A stretch of 39,498 bases of DNA from Octopus bimaculoides. Taxonomy: Eukaryota. Where the stretch lies: contig NC_068997.1 in NCBI RefSeq assembly GCF_001194135.2, forward strand, positions 1,863,577 to 1,903,074. The letters are read 5' to 3'. Below are positions 34,859-39,498 of the stretch, piece after piece (position 1 is the first letter of the stretch; each line of letters opens with the position of its first letter). A model generated the notes under the pieces. The model saw only the letters and a list, made by a program, of their open reading frames with translations. It had not been told where the DNA came from and did not search any database. Both the position numbers and the translations under genes were made by a program.

Positions 34859-37800
34859 TAAATTTTTGGAAAGAATGAATAAACTGTTAAGACATTTAGT
34901 AAAACATGGGCATAGATCTGGTAAATTGGTTAGAACTTTTAATCGCTGTTTAGGTGGGAAACTTGAAATTCTAAATAACTATGGGGGTAATATCTATTCA
35001 TCAACTTAGCATATATTTGTAAGGATTTGGAAAGTTTACGATTCGAGTTATTTGCTTACTACGTCACCAATATTGAGACAATTGTGGAGGTAGTAATTAC
35101 GCGCTACGTTATTAATATTTAGTTGGCCTTTTAAATTCTTGCAGATGGCGCTGCGGGTCTGATTAAACATGTATTTGTACTTGTAGTTTTATTATCTTTT
35201 AAACAGTTTTAATTAGCTTTAAACATAGGATGGTTTATAATAATAGTTAATTATAAGTAATTTTTTTAGCTCCTATTTAATGAAATTTAATGTTTATATT
35301 AGTTAGAGTAATTTAATATTACAGCTTGTTGTGGTGATATTTTAATGAGTATGTAATGTTTTATTTTTAACTTTTGAAAGATGAAAATGTATTTCACTCA
35401 TAAAAATATTGGTTAAAGTAATTTCAATCGTGTTTGTTTTGTTTTGGAGAGATTTATATTAAGCTTTAACTTTCTTTATAGTAGTATCTATGGAAGACTG
35501 GTAGGATTATTATTTGTATGGACATAAGATTGGTCCCAATTTAGTATATAATTTAGTTATTGCAGTTTACTATTAATACCGATACAATGTACAATGGTTT
35601 ATATGTTACTTTGTTGTAGTTTTATTAAAGTTAGTGTTTAATCCTGCCTATATATTGATTGATTGAAATAATGTGGTTATTAAGATTTTACTTTTATATC
35701 ATAATACGGAAGACAGTAGGGATTATAATTTTTGTATGACTTAATAAATGTGTCGCTGATTAGTTACGTATTCGGGAGTAGTTGTAATTTACTTATTGAA
35801 TTTATTTATCGATAAGGTTGAACATAGGGTAAATGTGTTTCAAAGTTGTGGTTTTTTTTTGGTTTGTTTGTTCCCACTTATTTTAGTGTTGTTGACACCG
35901 CTGGATTGAATGGTACTGCCCAGGTGTCGAAACCATCAGGATATCCGTGGGGCAGCTGATGATGGAGGTATGTTGGATTGTTGGTATGGCTGTGGAATAG
36001 TATTATAGCACATACTTTTGATATATATATATAATAGCAATGCATCCCGGTGATGCCCAGATGTTATGACATACAGCTACATTGTATTAGTTATTCCTTT
36101 CTTATGGGTAGAACTAGCACAGGTAATATATAGTGGACTGGATTACTGGCATAATGGAAGTTATTGTTTCTGTAAAAAGTGAAACGGGGGAGGGTACAAT
36201 TTGCATAGGTTTTCATGAAAGTGCTTTCTGTTCTGAAGAAGGACCACAAACTATGTATTGTTTCATCGTAGAAAAAATGGGTTAATACAATTTTGCCCAG
36301 AGATCACGCTTTCAAAATTTTGGTTTCTCCTCGTCCCCACCGCTATTTCTTAATTTGTAACTTTTCTACAACTTTTTTTTAATCCTTGTAGAAAAATCCA
36401 GAGATTACGAATCAGGAAAATATATATAGATTTTAAGTTTAATTTTTGTTAAAGAAATACGTAATGCCTCTTCCTCTATCTCGCACACCTGCCAGCTTGC
36501 AAAAAGCTAAAATCACCCAATGTTTCACTTTCGTCTAATGTTTTACGCATGAAACATTGTACTGAAATAGCAGACATAAAACTACATGTAGAGGTGAGCG
36601 TGTGGAGCGTGGAGTCACTTCTTAATTACCCTTACTCCCAGATCCGTTCTGACCTGAAATGGATCTGTTATGGCCAAATCTATGGGTTAACTACATTTTC
36701 AATAAGTGGAAGAGGTTCCCGTGATTTTTTGACGAAGTCATGATGAAACTAGTTCTTCTAGGAGGGAGATACTCTAATAAAAAGCTTGAATTTAAAATTG
36801 GAGCAGTCATCTTGTGACGACCGAGTGTTGTATATGCTTTTGCCACTTAAATCCAGTGACGTAAAGATATTTCACTATCATTTCATTTCTTGATCCGTTT
36901 TATATTTTATTAAGTCCTATGACGATGGATGCGTGGGGACATGTGCAGTAAATCAGAACACTTAGGCTGAATACCAAACAGCTATCATCTGACAAACGGA
37001 AGTACTCGTCATCACGATCATCATCTATACATGCATACATGCATAGGTGCATACACACATATATACATACATACATACATATCTGTGTATCTGTATGGAT
37101 ATATAAGTATATATNNNNNNNNNNNNNNNNNNNNNNNNNNNNNNNNNNNNNNNNNNNNNNNNNNNNNNNNNNNNNNNNNNNNNNNNNNNNNNNNNNNNNN
37201 NNNNNNNNNNNNNNNNNNNNNNNNNNNNNNNNNNNNNNNNNNNNNNNNNNNNNNNNNNNNNNNNNNNNNNNNNNNNNNNNNNNNNNNNNNNNNNNNNNNN
37301 NNNNNNNNNNNNNNNNNNNNNNNNNNNNNNNNNNNNNNNNNNNNNNNNNNNNNNNNNNNNNNNNNNNNNNNNNNNNNNNNNNNNNNNNNNNNNNNNNNNN
37401 NNNNNNNNNNNNNNNNNNNNNNNNNNNNNNNNNNNNNNNNNNNNNNNNNNNNNNNNNNNNNNNNNNNNNNNNNNNNNNNNNNNNNNNNNNNNNNNNNNNN
37501 NNNNNNNNNNNNNNNNNNNNNNNNNNNNNNNNNNNNNNNNNNNNNNNNNNNNNNNNNNNNNNNNNNNNNNNNNNNNNNNNNNNNNNNNNNNNNNNNNNNN
37601 NNNNNNNNNNNNNNNNNNNNNNNNNNNNNNNNNNNNNNNNNNNNNNNNNNNNNNNNNNNNNNNNNNNNNNNNNNNNNNGTGTGTGTGTGTGTGTGTTTGT
37701 GTGTGTATGTGTGTGTGTGTGTGTGTATGTGCATGTGCACACGCGCTTGTGTGGAGTCCTGGGCAACATTTTTGAACTGCGTCCGGGAGTGGAGCCTTAT

Positions 37801-38239
37801 ATCGGGAGTTTCAAGAAACACCTCGTAATCAATCTTGTTACCTGTTCTTCTCTGATCCTGAGTAGCAGCAGATGTCAAGGACCTAGCTATGCGCATTAGG
37901 GCTCGCCTAACTATGCATGCGAAGACTGACTGGGATTTTGCGAAATCTGGTTCATTAGTGTGGGGCGGCTGCAGCAATACATTGCAAGGTGCAGATAGCA
38001 AGACAATGTAACTAAGATATCTTGGTCATCCACTCCATCCGTCTCTATCACAAATTGTCTTCATCTGGTCTTGCCTTGGTTTCTCCACAGACTGAAGACG
38101 GTCATAGACATAAATGTGATGCTGACGTTGCACGACTCTTCGGAAGTTTAAACCAATTCAACGCGCAATTCATCCTTAGGGATGGCTCGATGGTCATCGT
38201 CGCTCAGACGAACAAAGAAGATGATGTTCATGCTTCTCT

Positions 38240-38244
38240 CTGTC

Positions 38245-38305
<61 letters not shown>
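38240..38305. repeat. (TCTG)n microsatellite
   Basis: Direct reading. Confidence 0.9.
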
Positions 38306-38307
<2 letters not shown>

Positions 38308-38514
38308 TTGTATATGCGCGTGGTGAGTATGCAACTTCTGTATAGCTGGTTATAATAGAAAATATCCAGCTTTGTAGAATTTGAACCTAACATTGGCGGA
38401 TGAAACAAGCAAACAAAGAAAGCATTATCTATGTAATCCCAGGCGATAATCCGCGAAATTACTAAATGAATGAAGTCAAAATTATGTTTTTCTTCTCATT
38501 GTTTCTGCACATAG

Positions 38515-39085
38515 CAACTCACAACACACACATATACACAATTAACCAATATCTACATATGCGTAAACATAAGTACATATGATTCAAATCGCGCACACAT
38601 GCACACACAATATTGCGCGCGCACAAACGCACACACGCACACACACACACATACACACACGCATATACATATATATATAATATATAAAACAGATATACAT
38701 ACATATGCACAATAATTTTACCTGTACAGACTACTAAACGAACAAACGTGCAGGCCCACGCAAACACACACACATACACACACAGACGCAAACAGACACA
38801 CACAGACGCACACTCACACACACACATATATACACATACGCACATAAATAACCAACACTGATTAACAAACAAACATTCGTACAGACCAGCACACAAAAAC
38901 ACACACTCACACACACACAGATCAGTGAATAGAGATACGTGCAGATCTAAACTTAAACACACTTGTAGACGCACACATATACACGCACAGAGACACATGC
39001 ATTCTCTCGCGCACACACATACGCATACAATCTTCATACGAACATTATTAAACAAACATACATAGAAATCCACACATGCACACAT
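38515..39085. repeat. Degenerate CA-rich low-complexity tract
   Basis: Direct reading; source of the Cys/Val-rich 188-aa ORF. Confidence 0.85.
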
Positions 39086-39467
39086 TGCACTCAGCTTCTA
39101 CTATCCTAAACTACGTCATCACACAATCCAACCCAACACCCAACTACAATCTGACTTCTTTGCCTCTCAACTTCCTCTTACTTTGCATGCGTTTTTTGCC
39201 ATATTTCTTTGAGACAGTCTTCAGGTAATAGCAGATTCCTTTAAGACATTATCTTTCATGGAATTTGGTTATTTTATCAATTTTTCATTTCATCTTCGGC
39301 CTTCAACATTGCAGTAACTTTATGGTATACGTACTTTTATAGTTATCCGAATTCTTATCATCGTACTCGCGTACAGATTTAACTTCTTCTGCCCAAACAG
39401 ATATTTTTGTCAAATTATATATAAACAGATATACATATATATATATATACATATACATACATATATA

Positions 39468-39498
<31 letters not shown>

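Noticed and set aside
34860-35010. RMNKLLRHLVKHGHRSGKLVRTFNRCL as a retroelement C-terminal fragment
   Set aside because: Suggestive helix pattern only; the ORF start is inside a SINE and no RT motifs are adjacent.
36030-36430. Helitron-like end (hairpin CCCGG/CCCAG near a CTAT terminus on the minus strand)
   Set aside because: The hairpin and terminus are both imperfect and there is no second copy in the window.

Overview
AT-rich, microsatellite-laden animal genomic DNA with seven N-gaps. The tRNA-headed SINE families and repeat style suggest a cephalopod (Octopus-like) draft scaffold; this is an inference, not a database match. No host gene is confidently identifiable, so the window looks intronic or intergenic, with only weak candidate exons. 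It is mostly decayed mobile DNA: a cluster of 5'-truncated R4/Dong-like (restriction-like endonuclease) non-LTR retrotransposons embedded in (TAA)n arrays at 1.4-5.2 kb; a mariner derivative built from two inverted left ends; two RTE LINE relics; two tail-to-tail Penelope-like (GIY-YIG) relics; several MITE-like fold-backs; and three SINE families. The most notable signal is an intact minimal type I hammerhead ribozyme at 32839-32955 with an unusually long stem II, downstream of a Penelope endonuclease relic. Two further degenerate hammerhead motifs lie at 33398-33464 and 18989-19015. Almost all ORFs in the supplied track are microsatellite or N-gap artefacts.
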